From positions 1 through 60,208 of IMG/VR virus record IMGVR_UViG_3300046374_000002: a stretch of DNA of 60,208 nucleotides. One strand, written 5' to 3'. The notes beneath the pieces were generated by a model. It was not told the DNA's origin and ran no database searches. It worked only from the letters and a program-made list of their open reading frames with translations. This stretch comes from a virus. Its lineage: Duplodnaviria; Caudoviricetes. Shown in pieces: positions 43,801 through 53,949 of this stretch (its first letter is position 1; each line of letters opens with the position of its first letter). A program made the translations under genes and the position numbers.

Positions 43801-45327
43801 TTAGGCTGCTTGCAATTCCTCAAACAAAACTGACAAATAGCTAAGATCTAGTTCTAGTTTGAACTCTATCCATTCTGCGGGCAATGGGAAAAACTCATAC
43901 ACATGAAACAGATAATGACCATTAATCATCTCTGTATCAGGATTCTCATCATGTCTAAATTCTACCCTAGCTCCCATAGCATTCCCACTACTAACCAAAC
44001 TGTTTAACCAGATGTTAGTTGTATCAACTATAGTATCAATCAATCTCCTATTAGTTGGTTTATCTACCTTCTGAAAGACTGTTAGGACTAAACTATTTCC
44101 TACAAAGTCTGTCATTCTCCTAGCAGGCATCCATCGATCTTTTGGATCTGTAATAAATGGATAGCAAGCCATGTTAGATCCCCATGCTTTCCATCCTCCT
44201 ATCCAATTGATAGCAGTTAGGATACCTTGTCCATTTAACATATCTCCGTAATCCTTCGAAAATATAATTTCTTTAGGTGGACCAACACTAACATCAAATG
44301 GTCCTACTAAAGTTTTATTCATCTCCAGAACCTTATTACTAGGAGTTTCGACAGGAACGTTACCATTATCATTATCTGTCTTTAATATCCTAGCTCCAAA
44401 TTCAGTAGATAGCCATATATCCTTATCCATCAACCCTACTCTAGGCCATAATGCACCTTGCCTACCATGTACATAGTTATTCTTCTGTTTCCATTCATAG
44501 ACATCCATAGGTTTCTTAACCACAGTACTATCTATGTCTGTCAATGTTATACATCGGAAACAACCATTTATTTCATCTACCTTATTTGAACATACTGCCG
44601 CAACTTCAGGATCTTGTGTCCAGAAAGGTACTAGCAATACTCCAGGCACAATACTATGTCTCGGAAATACATCTTCAATAACTTCTATTCCAGTTGATTG
44701 ACCAGTCTCAATATCCATTCCACCTATGATTTGACTCTTAGTTACATTCATAGGAGACACTTGTTCATAGCTAAGTGTAACAGGATAATCTTGATCGCTA
44801 GGTATAGCACCTCCCGGAATAGCGGAGATAGTATACATTAATATTCCCTTACCTGAATCTTGCCATGCTCCAGTATAGTCAATCTCTGGTTGTAGAATAT
44901 TTTGACCAACCGAATCCTTAACAACTAACGTTTCTGGAATTATACTCTTACTAATATAACTAACAACACCTTTTCTAAAAGTAAAAGCATCATCTTCTAC
45001 TGCTGGTCCTCTAAGAGTCATGTCATCAACATCATTAACATAACTAAGAATAATAGGACCAATGTTAAACAAAGCGAAATAAGTATAGACAGCTTGACAA
45101 AGAGTATAACTTCTCCAATCACTGCTATATCCCATTTCACTAACAGCATCCTCATAGCTATAATAAACCCTTGGAGTATTAGGCTTAGGTCTATTCTCCG
45201 GCTTTATTTGATGCACTGGTGTGCTACCAACTATGAATGGAATGCCACTATCTGCTACTACTGGTGCAACTATTGAAGTAGGTACATCTCTCCATGTTAC
45301 ACCATGTTTATATGAACTGACAGCCAT
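43801..45327 (-). CDS. contractile tail sheath protein
   Basis: YKHGV...IVGSTPV; LNGQGI...GWKAWG; QKVDKP; PAEWIEF. Confidence 0.93.
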   Translation of the reverse strand: MAVSSYKHGVTWRDVPTSIVAPVVADSGIPFIVGSTPVHQIKPENRPKPNTPRVYYSYEDAVSEMGYSSDWRSYTLCQAVYTYFALFNIGPIILSYVNDVDDMTLRGPAVEDDAFTFRKGVVSYISKSIIPETLVVKDSVGQNILQPEIDYTGAWQDSGKGILMYTISAIPGGAIPSDQDYPVTLSYEQVSPMNVTKSQIIGGMDIETGQSTGIEVIEDVFPRHSIVPGVLLVPFWTQDPEVAAVCSNKVDEINGCFRCITLTDIDSTVVKKPMDVYEWKQKNNYVHGRQGALWPRVGLMDKDIWLSTEFGARILKTDNDNGNVPVETPSNKVLEMNKTLVGPFDVSVGPPKEIIFSKDYGDMLNGQGILTAINWIGGWKAWGSNMACYPFITDPKDRWMPARRMTDFVGNSLVLTVFQKVDKPTNRRLIDTIVDTTNIWLNSLVSSGNAMGARVEFRHDENPDTEMINGHYLFHVYEFFPLPAEWIEFKLELDLSYLSVLFEELQAA

Positions 45328-45330
45328 AGG

Positions 45331-45651
45331 CTATAACTTCCTCTCTTCTGGTTTACTAACTTTCTTCTCTCTTTCCCTTCTCTCACTATTAAATTTCCTA
45401 ACTTCCCCCGCAGCTATATTCTCTAATGTTCCTTTAATCTTAACTCTTTCGGCTGCTTCGAATACTTTACTAGTAGGAACAAACAAACTACCAATCACAG
45501 GCTTAGTTTGAATCAATGATTTAAGCTGTGGAGGTGGTTCACTTCCTAGTATTATCATCTTTCCTCTTAATCCTATGATAGGAATGCTAGGTCCAATGTA
45601 CATACTATTTTTAACTTTTTCTTCCTCTGCCATATTATACAAACCTCCCAC
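45331..45651 (-). CDS. hypothetical tail-region protein
   Basis: MYIGPSIP...LFVP motif, typical of genes upstream of a sheath; probable start at MAEEE. Confidence 0.7.
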   Translation of the reverse strand: MGGLYNMAEEEKVKNSMYIGPSIPIIGLRGKMIILGSEPPPQLKSLIQTKPVIGSLFVPTSKVFEAAERVKIKGTLENIAAGEVRKFNSERREREKKVSKPEERKL

Positions 45652-46237
45652 TAACTAACTGTGCCTTCTGCCATCTATTAACTAATCCTTTCCACAAAGA
45701 AGAAGATTCATTACGCTTTGTAGACTTCCAAGGATAGCTACCTCTTTCATATTCTTCACGAGCATCAGTTATCATTAGAGCTAAATCTAATGGTTTCTTT
45801 AACCATAGAGCAAATGCTTCCTTAGACTCATCACCTATAACTCCATCTATATCCTTCCCTACCATTCCTATTGCTATCTGGAGAATAGTTGCTACTCCTT
45901 TCAATCCTCGATTAAATGCGCAATCTCGAAGAAGAAATTCTATGTTAGGATTATCATCAGCCAATTGTATACTAGGAAAGAATTTCCTAACTGGTTCGGT
46001 ATAGCTAATAATATGCCTAGCAGCTTCTAACTCTGCTTTAGTATGCTCTCCTCTGTTTATCAATTCTCGAAGTTCATGCGCCTTTGTATAATGGTACTTA
46101 TCATTAACTCCGGCAACTTCAAACGTTCCTCCCTTATCTTCGGAAGGTAGTTTATAAACAGTTAACTTACCATCCTTATATCTACCCTCGAATTCTTGGA
46201 CTATTGCTAGTCCCATTTGTTCTTGTTGCTCTGTCAT
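45635..46237 (-). CDS. GH108-like muramidase
   Basis: FEG...DKGG..EVAGV; DCAFNRG...LQ.A.G...DGVIG; KGLVNRW. Confidence 0.7.
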   Translation of the reverse strand: MTEQQEQMGLAIVQEFEGRYKDGKLTVYKLPSEDKGGTFEVAGVNDKYHYTKAHELRELINRGEHTKAELEAARHIISYTEPVRKFFPSIQLADDNPNIEFLLRDCAFNRGLKGVATILQIAIGMVGKDIDGVIGDESKEAFALWLKKPLDLALMITDAREEYERGSYPWKSTKRNESSSLWKGLVNRWQKAQLVSGRFV

Positions 46238-46239
46238 GA

Positions 46240-46821
46240 CTAACCGTTCTCGTAATGCTCTACTTGTTCTAACATAGGAACATCATATCTACCTACTCCT
46301 GAATCTGTAGATAAACTATTAGCATCATACTGTGTAGCAGGAATAGGTAGTTGAAAGTCTACTTGTATTTCACCAAACCAATAAGGATATTCATTATAAC
46401 TACTAGGTCCGCCTGCTGATGAACTTCTCTTGTTAACTTGCCAATTGAGTGGCAGCCTAACAGGAAACTTCTGTCTAATAACTGATTGCTCGCGAATCCT
46501 TTGTTTAAGCCGCTCGACAAGCTGCATCACATCTCGATACCCTTGCTGATCTTTAGTATCATCAAAACAACCTACTAACATCTCAACAGTTACCTTCTCA
46601 TACTCTTGAGATTGTACACCTTGTTTAGCTCTAATTACTATCGCTGGATAGGTAGTTATATCTCCTGGTATAATTTCACCTACTTGATTCCTAGCTATAA
46701 ATCCACTATATACTCTTGGAGCTATTACTCCTGCTGTCATCTCATTTGACCTATATCTAAGTTCACTAGTATTCATAGCTACAAATTCTACTAGTGCATC
46801 TTCAAGCTCTGGAACTGTCAT
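46240..46821 (-). CDS. putative tail terminator / neck protein
   Basis: Position; YPAIVIR, GYRDVMQ, YPYWFG. Confidence 0.65.
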   Translation of the reverse strand: MTVPELEDALVEFVAMNTSELRYRSNEMTAGVIAPRVYSGFIARNQVGEIIPGDITTYPAIVIRAKQGVQSQEYEKVTVEMLVGCFDDTKDQQGYRDVMQLVERLKQRIREQSVIRQKFPVRLPLNWQVNKRSSSAGGPSSYNEYPYWFGEIQVDFQLPIPATQYDANSLSTDSGVGRYDVPMLEQVEHYENG

Positions 46822-47006
46822 TAGTAATCTCCCTTTTCTCTAATTCTTCTACCACCTACCGCTTCTCGAATTATCTCTGCTGCATACTCCCAAGCTATCT
46901 TAATATTAGCACTAGCATCGTCCCATACTGGTAATGGTTCTCCACTAGCTGATTTCCAGTCTAGTGAGCTACAATGTGCTTCATAACCTACTTGTCCTAA
47001 TGTCAT
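46821..47006 (-). CDS. conserved small phage protein
   Basis: GQVGYEA...GEPLPVWD...AWE.AA. Confidence 0.65.
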   Translation of the reverse strand: MTLGQVGYEAHCSSLDWKSASGEPLPVWDDASANIKIAWEYAAEIIREAVGGRRIREKGDY

Positions 47007-47012
47007 AAACTA

Positions 47013-47555
47013 TCATTTAAATTTGATTCTCTTTCTTAATTCCTCGATTGCTATCCTCCCCATTAAATCTCTAACCGGATTCGAAACTGCTTTACTTCCT
47101 AACATTTGAGGATAACCAATAGTATAAACAGGATTAATAGGATAATGACTCTCTGATCTCCTTTCCATAACCCTTCCATCTGGTAGCATAAACGCTCCAC
47201 TAATTCCTGGTCCTCTACTACCTTTAACAATAGGTCTACGACTACCTCTTTTAATTTCTACACTAACAATCTGATGCTGTCCTCCAGAACTACTAGGACC
47301 AAATTCTGTTGCTGGTTTCATTCCTCCACTAGCTTCTAGATCTCCTTTTAAACTACCAGCACTAGCCCGATGGATAGTAATAGGACATTCTCCAACATTA
47401 TATATAGCAGTTACTCTTGCCGCACCATCTGGCTTTCCTTTATCTAAGCCTTTGTTAATACTAGCTGCTGTATGCTTAGGAAAGTCTCTTCCTAACTGAG
47501 CAGCCTTTTTAGCTCCCCTAATAAAGTCTCGGGCATCGAACTTCAATGAAATCAT
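47013..47555 (-). CDS. putative tail completion protein (gpZ-like)
   Basis: Basic protein; AF...GRVMERR...PI...PQML; position. Confidence 0.65.
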   Translation of the reverse strand: MISLKFDARDFIRGAKKAAQLGRDFPKHTAASINKGLDKGKPDGAARVTAIYNVGECPITIHRASAGSLKGDLEASGGMKPATEFGPSSSGGQHQIVSVEIKRGSRRPIVKGSRGPGISGAFMLPDGRVMERRSESHYPINPVYTIGYPQMLGSKAVSNPVRDLMGRIAIEELRKRIKFK

Positions 47556-47565
47556 AACGTTACGA
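47552..47565. repeat. dispersed palindrome, copy 14 (one mismatch; stop and start junction)
   Basis: TCATAACGTTACGA; upstream ORF ends TIS*, downstream begins MIS. Confidence 0.85.
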
Positions 47566-47955
47566 AATAGTTGTAAGCCTACTTAAACTAACTTCATATA
47601 CTTTCTCCACATCTACTATATCTAATATTCTCCATCCTACCTTAACTTCTCTATGTGCTAGCTGTCTAATTTCGTATATAACCTCTTCTGGTTGTGGTTC
47701 ACTACTAAACCATCGTTTAGCTATGAATAGCAGAACATCTCCTAAGTAAACACCCATTTGCTGAACTACTGCTCGCTCTTTTAGAATTTCTGTATCCCAG
47801 ACAACATTGGTAGTAAATTGTTTAACTCCTACCTTTCCATCTGCTATTTCGAAAGTCATAGTACGAGCAAACTCTGTTATCTCAGCAAATACTTCTATGA
47901 AGTCAGATTCGAACTGACTCTTAAGAGTTCCTTCTAGCTCTGCTATATCATCCAT
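47560..47955 (-). CDS. putative head-tail joining protein (FII-like)
   Basis: LKSQFESD...VF....EFA; position. Confidence 0.6.
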   Translation of the reverse strand: MDDIAELEGTLKSQFESDFIEVFAEITEFARTMTFEIADGKVGVKQFTTNVVWDTEILKERAVVQQMGVYLGDVLLFIAKRWFSSEPQPEEVIYEIRQLAHREVKVGWRILDIVDVEKVYEVSLSRLTTIS

Positions 47956-47961
47956 TATTGC

Positions 47962-48222
47962 TTATCGTCTACCAAACTTAGGTCTAGTTTTAGGAAAGAC
48001 TAACTCTTTCATAGGTGAGCCTTCTCCTTCCTCTATATCTAATTCCTCTCCTATCTCTACTTCATCATAAGGAGAAATTATCTTATCCATCTTAACAACA
48101 CCTGCTACAATATGTCGATTAGTTCGTAAACGGGAGGGTAGTTCCTCCCTATCAATTACACTTCCACGAGGAATGAACGTACCATCCCTAGCAATCACGT
48201 TAGTTTTTAATGTACACTGCAT
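47962..48222 (-). CDS. hypothetical protein downstream of capsid (gpFI position)
   Basis: 86 aa ORF; synteny only. Confidence 0.6.
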   Translation of the reverse strand: MQCTLKTNVIARDGTFIPRGSVIDREELPSRLRTNRHIVAGVVKMDKIISPYDEVEIGEELDIEEGEGSPMKELVFPKTRPKFGRR

Positions 48223-48246
48223 ATGTTAGTTAGCTTAATAGTTAGT

Positions 48247-49332
48247 TTATACTGCACCAGTTACAACTGCCCAACTCAACAAGTCAATAGGAATAGGAAC
48301 AGGACGACTAGTAATAGTCTGCATGAATAGATTCTTATTAACATTACATTCAAGTTTAGGAACTCTATCCAAGTTGTAATAATGGAATTGTCCATCTTCC
48401 TGTTCAATCTGGATAACCATTCCATAAGCTATTCTATTCCTAACATCACTACTACCAACTAGCACACATCCCGATGGAACATAAGGTTTAGCTATTTCCC
48501 TACCAACATTAGCAGTATCTTCTTTGCTATAGGTAGCATAGTAGATCCAATTTTCCATAGGAGGAACTACAAATGATGGTCCTCTCATAGCTCCATTCCA
48601 AGGTAATTCTGTTTGTCCTGGAATCGCTTGAAATGGAACAAATTGTGGAAATACATTCTTCATAGCATCCTTAACATTAGGATTCTTCCACAAAGCTTCC
48701 CATGCATCAGGAGCATAAACTGCTATATTTCCACCATAGCCACTACTGTTAAGATTACCTTGCACTTGTCGAAGATCGTCTAATGGACTAGCAGTCGGAT
48801 CTGTCCAAGGTTTACTAAGTGCAGTTTCATTAACAAATCCATAGTCAATGACTGCATTAGTCTTGTTTCGATAATTGATAGGTATCCTACCCGCAAACAT
48901 GCACTGACAGCACATCCACTCTTCAGTCCTACCAATCTCCTCCTCCATATCTGTACTATCTTCTGTTAGGATAGTTGCAAACCTCTCTTCAGGAGTTTTA
49001 TAATTATATGGAGTCTCTCCCATCGTCGGACCACGCAACTCTCTAGGTGTAATAACCCTGGCAGGTGCTAGGACAGGAGCAGGTAGAAACTGTTGCTTAA
49101 AAGGTCGTCTCCTACCAACTACCTGATTCTCTAATGGTAAGATAAATGGAGCTAACCCTCTACCTCCTATCTTACTATCAATTTGAACTAACTCGGAATC
49201 CATAGTATCCCTAGTTCCGAAGAATGTATCCCTAATAAAGGAGGGTACTGGAATTCTCCTACTATAACTCTCTATTAGAGCAATAGTAGTGAATTGCCCA
49301 TAATCAACACTATTAACAATTGGTCCTGCCAT
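48247..49332 (-). CDS. major capsid protein (lambda gpE family)
   Basis: FIRDTFF; LAPF; RTEEWMC.Q....G; IDYG; PLDDL; SRPVP. Confidence 0.93.
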   Translation of the reverse strand: MAGPIVNSVDYGQFTTIALIESYSRRIPVPSFIRDTFFGTRDTMDSELVQIDSKIGGRGLAPFILPLENQVVGRRRPFKQQFLPAPVLAPARVITPRELRGPTMGETPYNYKTPEERFATILTEDSTDMEEEIGRTEEWMCCQCMFAGRIPINYRNKTNAVIDYGFVNETALSKPWTDPTASPLDDLRQVQGNLNSSGYGGNIAVYAPDAWEALWKNPNVKDAMKNVFPQFVPFQAIPGQTELPWNGAMRGPSFVVPPMENWIYYATYSKEDTANVGREIAKPYVPSGCVLVGSSDVRNRIAYGMVIQIEQEDGQFHYYNLDRVPKLECNVNKNLFMQTITSRPVPIPIDLLSWAVVTGAV

Positions 49333-49335
49333 ACA

Positions 49336-49863
49336 CTATTTCTTTCCGTGTTTATTAGATTGTTCGTGACTAGGATTCGGAGCAGTAGCTTTCGAAGCTT
49401 CTGTCTTAGCCTTAGCAGGAGTTACACCTTCTGCTATTGATTCTGCGCCAGATGGTACAGGATCTACTCCAATATAACCTTCATAGCTATATTCAAGGAA
49501 TATGCTCTTACCATTTAATGCTAGGTCTAATGGACCACCAGGAGGAATGTGTGCATTGTTAGCAGCTTCCAATTCCTGTCGCAAGAATGTTCCCGCCCTA
49601 TAAACCATAACAGGTTCAGTATTAACTAGATCTGTATTAAGATCATCTGCTAATACTCCAAATATACTACCACCCGCAGCATCAGCTAACCCATCCCAAG
49701 GTGATAGTGTTTTGCTAGCAGGATCATAGGACATAAACCTTCCTGCTCTTTGCTTACCAGCAGCAGGGTTAACGTCCGCATTGAAAGTTGCTCCTACATC
49801 TAAGTCCTTACCAACAATGGTAAGTGGAGCACCTACATTAGTTTGACTAGTTGTGAATCTCAT
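49336..49863 (-). CDS. head decoration protein (gpD-like)
   Basis: GVLADD...VMVYRAGTF; between protease and capsid genes. Confidence 0.8.
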   Translation of the reverse strand: MRFTTSQTNVGAPLTIVGKDLDVGATFNADVNPAAGKQRAGRFMSYDPASKTLSPWDGLADAAGGSIFGVLADDLNTDLVNTEPVMVYRAGTFLRQELEAANNAHIPPGGPLDLALNGKSIFLEYSYEGYIGVDPVPSGAESIAEGVTPAKAKTEASKATAPNPSHEQSNKHGKK

Positions 49864-49884
49864 AGGCTTGTACCTACTTTCCTA

Positions 49885-49898
49885 TCATAACGTTATGA
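49885..49898. repeat. dispersed palindrome, copy 15
   Basis: Exact 14-mer right after the protease stop. Confidence 0.95.
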
Positions 49899-49899
49899 T

Positions 49900-51141
49900 T
49901 TAATTCCTTTGTGGATTTTGAACTTGTACTCTACTAACTCTAACTCTTTTATTGTTATTGTTAGCAATAGCAGCATCTAACAAAGCTACTGCCTTTGTCT
50001 TCTTATCAGTAGAAGCTGGAGGTTTAGTAGTCGGAGCATCGCCGGCACTAACAGAACCAGCAGCTTGACTATCTCGTTTCAGAGCAGCTAACTGTCCTCC
50101 ATTAGTTAACTGTTGTTTAGTTATATTAAGAGCTTCCATAGCTATTTTATCTGGAGTTCTCCCATCAGCTTTAGCAGCAGTTATTAACTCCTCTAAACCT
50201 GGACCATTCATAGCATCTAGACTAGCTATCCTAGCTTGTTCACTTTGTCTAGCTTCAGTTTGAATACTAGCATATACTTCAGGAAACCTATCTCTAATAA
50301 TTTCCTGAGTTAACGTTTCGGTACTATCTGCCATTTTTATTTTCCTTTCTGATTCTTTTTCAACCTTCTTAAATGGATAGTTAGGAACATTCATATAATG
50401 ATACTTTCCAAAATTCATTAACTGCCCACTACACATTATATGACTCTTATTAACCCTAGCAATAGCGTTAATCTTTCCTCTAACCTTATCAACAAAACCA
50501 TAGTCTAAAGCTTCATTAGCAGTCATCCATGTTTCTTCCTCCATTAACTGTCTAATCTTGCTCTCATCTATCTTCCCCTTCACTTGCTCTTTATAGACAC
50601 TAACAATTGGAACAGTTAACTTCTCAAGATCTTCCGCAGCTTTGCTCATATCGTTAGCATTACCAACACATACAGACCAAGGGTAATGGACCATGTAATT
50701 AGTGTTATGTCTAGCGATAACTTCGTCAGCAGCACTAGCGATAATTGTAGCAGCACTAGCACACACACCATCAATATAACTAGTTTTCTTCCCACAACTA
50801 TAATCTGCTATAATTGAATGTATAGCTTGCGCAGTATGACAATCTCCTCCTAGACAGTTAATATGAATGTTTAACCTCTTTATATTTCCTAATTCATCTA
50901 ACTGATTAGAAAACGACTTAGCAGTTATACCTTCGCCAGTCCACCAGTCTAATCCTATACTCTCGTAGATACGCATGATAGCTGTAGTACTAACATCACT
51001 ATCTTCAACTTCTTCAGCTTCACTATCTGTTAACTCTACATCTTCATCTGTAACAGTATCTAGTCGAAAGACTTCTAGCCCTACTCCCATCTTGCCTTTA
51101 CCACCAGTCCTAACAATCGCTTTCAAATATGCTTTTATCAT
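49900..51141 (-). CDS. ClpP-like (S14) prohead protease with C-terminal scaffold region
   Basis: IHINCLGGD; IDGVCASAAT; MVHYP; ETWMTANEALDYGFVD; probable internal scaffold start at MADST. Confidence 0.92.
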   Translation of the reverse strand: MIKAYLKAIVRTGGKGKMGVGLEVFRLDTVTDEDVELTDSEAEEVEDSDVSTTAIMRIYESIGLDWWTGEGITAKSFSNQLDELGNIKRLNIHINCLGGDCHTAQAIHSIIADYSCGKKTSYIDGVCASAATIIASAADEVIARHNTNYMVHYPWSVCVGNANDMSKAAEDLEKLTVPIVSVYKEQVKGKIDESKIRQLMEEETWMTANEALDYGFVDKVRGKINAIARVNKSHIMCSGQLMNFGKYHYMNVPNYPFKKVEKESERKIKMADSTETLTQEIIRDRFPEVYASIQTEARQSEQARIASLDAMNGPGLEELITAAKADGRTPDKIAMEALNITKQQLTNGGQLAALKRDSQAAGSVSAGDAPTTKPPASTDKKTKAVALLDAAIANNNNKRVRVSRVQVQNPQRN

Positions 51142-51145
51142 AATA

Positions 51146-52057
51146 TTAAATAGCTAACAATTCACGTAGAACTTCTCTAACTAACTCCTTAACTGTAGCT
51201 CGGGATACTGCTACTGAAGCACCAGCCAAATCTGTTAGCTGTATAACTTTACCTGTTGCTTGGTCCTGAAAGTATAGGTTTCCTCCTTCACCTGCTCTAA
51301 GAAAAAATGCAGCATTAAATTCCGGCCGTTTAAAGAAAATGTTAGCTGGTGAAATCATAACTTGCTCACCAGTAGATGGATTCTCACAAAGCAAATACTG
51401 TTCTGGACCTAACACAGTCAAAGTGCCAGTCATAGTATCGCCGGATTTCTGAACACAATTACTAAGATCAACAGCCAAACGACCATTAACAAAATCAGTT
51501 AGGTAGATCTGTGTTGCACCCCTTGCAAGTGCAAGTTCTCCATTTGATTGTTGAAGCAAACTAATTATTTGACTACCTTCTAGATAGCTCTTATTAGCAA
51601 TGCCAATATAGTTAAGTCCAAGATCAGTTTTATTACCACCCTCTCCTGATGAACCTCGCGCACTATAACCATAAGTAGTCATAGTTAAACCAGTAGCATC
51701 CGCAGTCCTGCTAAACTTTAGTTCACCAGAAGAGAGATCTAAACTAAAATCTCCCGCAACACTGGTAATATGTAGTTCAGGTAAGGTATCCATAGCAATA
51801 GCTAATGGTCCTGACATAGTGTCGCCAGTCTTAGCTACATAGTCTCCGCTAGGAGGAGCACCATCTCCACCTCCACCTCCAACAGATATAATACTAGCAT
51901 CACCTAAACTATCATAACTCATTGTCCCTTCTTTGCTATGAAGCATAGAGACTGTTACCTTCTTATGGGTAGTATCATTAAACAATACTTGAAGGATACC
52001 TTGAGGATCAGATATAGTATCACCCGCTACTAATGCTGCACATTCTGTTTCATTCAT
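51146..52057 (-). CDS. putative head fibre / fibre-like protein
   Basis: YVAKTGDTMSG and CVQKSGDTMTG fibre repeats; lies between portal and protease. Confidence 0.6.
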   Translation of the reverse strand: MNETECAALVAGDTISDPQGILQVLFNDTTHKKVTVSMLHSKEGTMSYDSLGDASIISVGGGGGDGAPPSGDYVAKTGDTMSGPLAIAMDTLPELHITSVAGDFSLDLSSGELKFSRTADATGLTMTTYGYSARGSSGEGGNKTDLGLNYIGIANKSYLEGSQIISLLQQSNGELALARGATQIYLTDFVNGRLAVDLSNCVQKSGDTMTGTLTVLGPEQYLLCENPSTGEQVMISPANIFFKRPEFNAAFFLRAGEGGNLYFQDQATGKVIQLTDLAGASVAVSRATVKELVREVLRELLAI

Positions 52058-52230
52058 AGCTTAGTTGCATCTTGTAAACTGTTATACTTCATTACTCCTT
52101 CTAGCTCAGATAAAACAGATATGCCTATCATTCTACTATTAGGGTCATTACTAACAACCATATAAGTTCCCTCTTTTGGTTTAACAATAATTGTTCCAGG
52201 AACTAAAGCTGCACATTCACTTTCAGTCAT
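52054..52230 (-). CDS. small protein (58 aa) paralogous to the N-terminus of 51146..52057; not in the ORF track
   Basis: MTESECAALVPG...EGVMKYNSLQDA versus MNETECAALVAG...EGTMSYDSLGDA; ATGA overlap. Confidence 0.7.
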   Translation of the reverse strand: MTESECAALVPGTIIVKPKEGTYMVVSNDPNSRMIGISVLSELEGVMKYNSLQDATKL

Positions 52231-52232
52231 AG

Positions 52233-53948
52233 TTAGTTTCCTAACGCTAACGTTAATGTTTTACTATCATCTGTTGTACCACCATCTCCGGTATCCGATT
52301 CACTAACACCAAGACTAAGTATAGGTTGACCCTTCATGTCTAGATTCCTGATATAAGTTAATGATGCGGCTGTAGCTGCCTTACATTCTATTCCTTGCTG
52401 TACAGTAACGGCTCGCCAATCACTACCATTATGTTCTAGACATTCCATTTCAAGAGTACTAACTCCCATTCTAACTTTACGTTCGCTAGCCATTATCTCT
52501 TTTAATGGATCTATACTACCTTGCGAACTACCAGACCATGCACACCTAACCCATGCTTGAAATATGCGAGGATCTTCGAAGAATCCTGGAGCTTTCCAAA
52601 CTCCCTTACTAATAGCTTCAAACATCCAAGCTATATAGGATGGTTGACAGAACTGATTAATAATCATTCTTCGAAGCACCTTCACTCTCTTCCAAAATGC
52701 TAGCAATGCTGCTCTCGATGCTGAATAACTAGCCGAGAAATGTTGAAGCAGTACTTCAAATGGAATACCTAAACAACCTCCGATAAACTTACATAGAGCT
52801 ACTACAAATGGTTCGAATTGTGGATCTGCACCAGAATTAATAGGAAAGCTAATCTCTTCTCCAGGCCGCATCCAATTAACTATCCCTGGAGCTAACCTAA
52901 TGTTATAAGGATCTCTTTGTACTAATCCTTCCAATTCTTCATCTGTTATTAACATCCTATCAAACATATCAGTCGAAGGCATCTCCGACTTAATAAAGGA
53001 GCAAAAGTAACTCTTAATAACATTCTGAATTGTAGTCGATTCTATATACCTCTGTATCTGCTTCAATTCAGTTAAACATTTACTAGCAAGGGGAACACTA
53101 CGTCTTTGCTCTGGTCTTTCTGACTCACCAATTAACATAGCAACTGGTCTGCCAGTTTCTTCACCAAACGCGGGAATCCGCGTGAATGCAGCATCCGAAG
53201 GTGTGATAAAATTAGAAAAACCTGGATGCCTATTACAAATCCAATAAGCATCAACTTCACCATCATCTGTTAACTCTACTCCACCAAAGATCTTAGGTAC
53301 TCCATCATTAGTATACTTACCTATCAAGTTCTGACCAATAGGATTAGCAACTCTATCAGCTTCTATTAACCTAATCTTAGTATCATAGATGCTACCTTTC
53401 CTCTCCTTCATCGGTAGCAAACCTAACACATCTCCACTTATACATGCATTACAAAATGCGAGATCTGTTAACTCTGCAAACGTATTTCGTCGATTCCAAT
53501 CACACTCTACCGTATCACCAAATAACTTAAATTCATTCTTAATCAAAAGATTAGTCTTAGCTGTCTCATCTGAAGTCATTCCCAAATACTCACCATCTAT
53601 CTGTGGAAGGGGAACTAATCCTTCTCCTATTACATTAGTTCTTAATGTTAGAACAGCCCCACCTAAGACTGGACTGCCCATATAAAGATCTCTACTTCTA
53701 ACTCGTAATAGAGGAAGATTATAGATAATATCTTCATCGGCACTACCACTAATAGCCTGCCACTCCGCATTAGCTATCTTTCTTCGACTAGCACCATAGT
53801 TGCCATAACCATATCGATTGCTAGGATAAGTACCAGACATTCTCTGCCAGTCTACTGATGTCAGGTTCAACGCTTTTCGAATCGCTGCTTTCCTTCGATG
53901 CCCGTTGCTAGCAACTAACTTTCCGTAATCTGATACTCTACTAACCAT
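52233..53948 (-). CDS. portal protein, lambda family
   Basis: LRVRSRDLY; NVIGEGL; LIEADRV; GVE....GEV.AYW; ERPEQ.R..P; SYSASRAAL; IDPLKE. Confidence 0.95.
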   Translation of the reverse strand: MVSRVSDYGKLVASNGHRRKAAIRKALNLTSVDWQRMSGTYPSNRYGYGNYGASRRKIANAEWQAISGSADEDIIYNLPLLRVRSRDLYMGSPVLGGAVLTLRTNVIGEGLVPLPQIDGEYLGMTSDETAKTNLLIKNEFKLFGDTVECDWNRRNTFAELTDLAFCNACISGDVLGLLPMKERKGSIYDTKIRLIEADRVANPIGQNLIGKYTNDGVPKIFGGVELTDDGEVDAYWICNRHPGFSNFITPSDAAFTRIPAFGEETGRPVAMLIGESERPEQRRSVPLASKCLTELKQIQRYIESTTIQNVIKSYFCSFIKSEMPSTDMFDRMLITDEELEGLVQRDPYNIRLAPGIVNWMRPGEEISFPINSGADPQFEPFVVALCKFIGGCLGIPFEVLLQHFSASYSASRAALLAFWKRVKVLRRMIINQFCQPSYIAWMFEAISKGVWKAPGFFEDPRIFQAWVRCAWSGSSQGSIDPLKEIMASERKVRMGVSTLEMECLEHNGSDWRAVTVQQGIECKAATAASLTYIRNLDMKGQPILSLGVSESDTGDGGTTDDSKTLTLALGN

Positions 53949-53949
53949 A

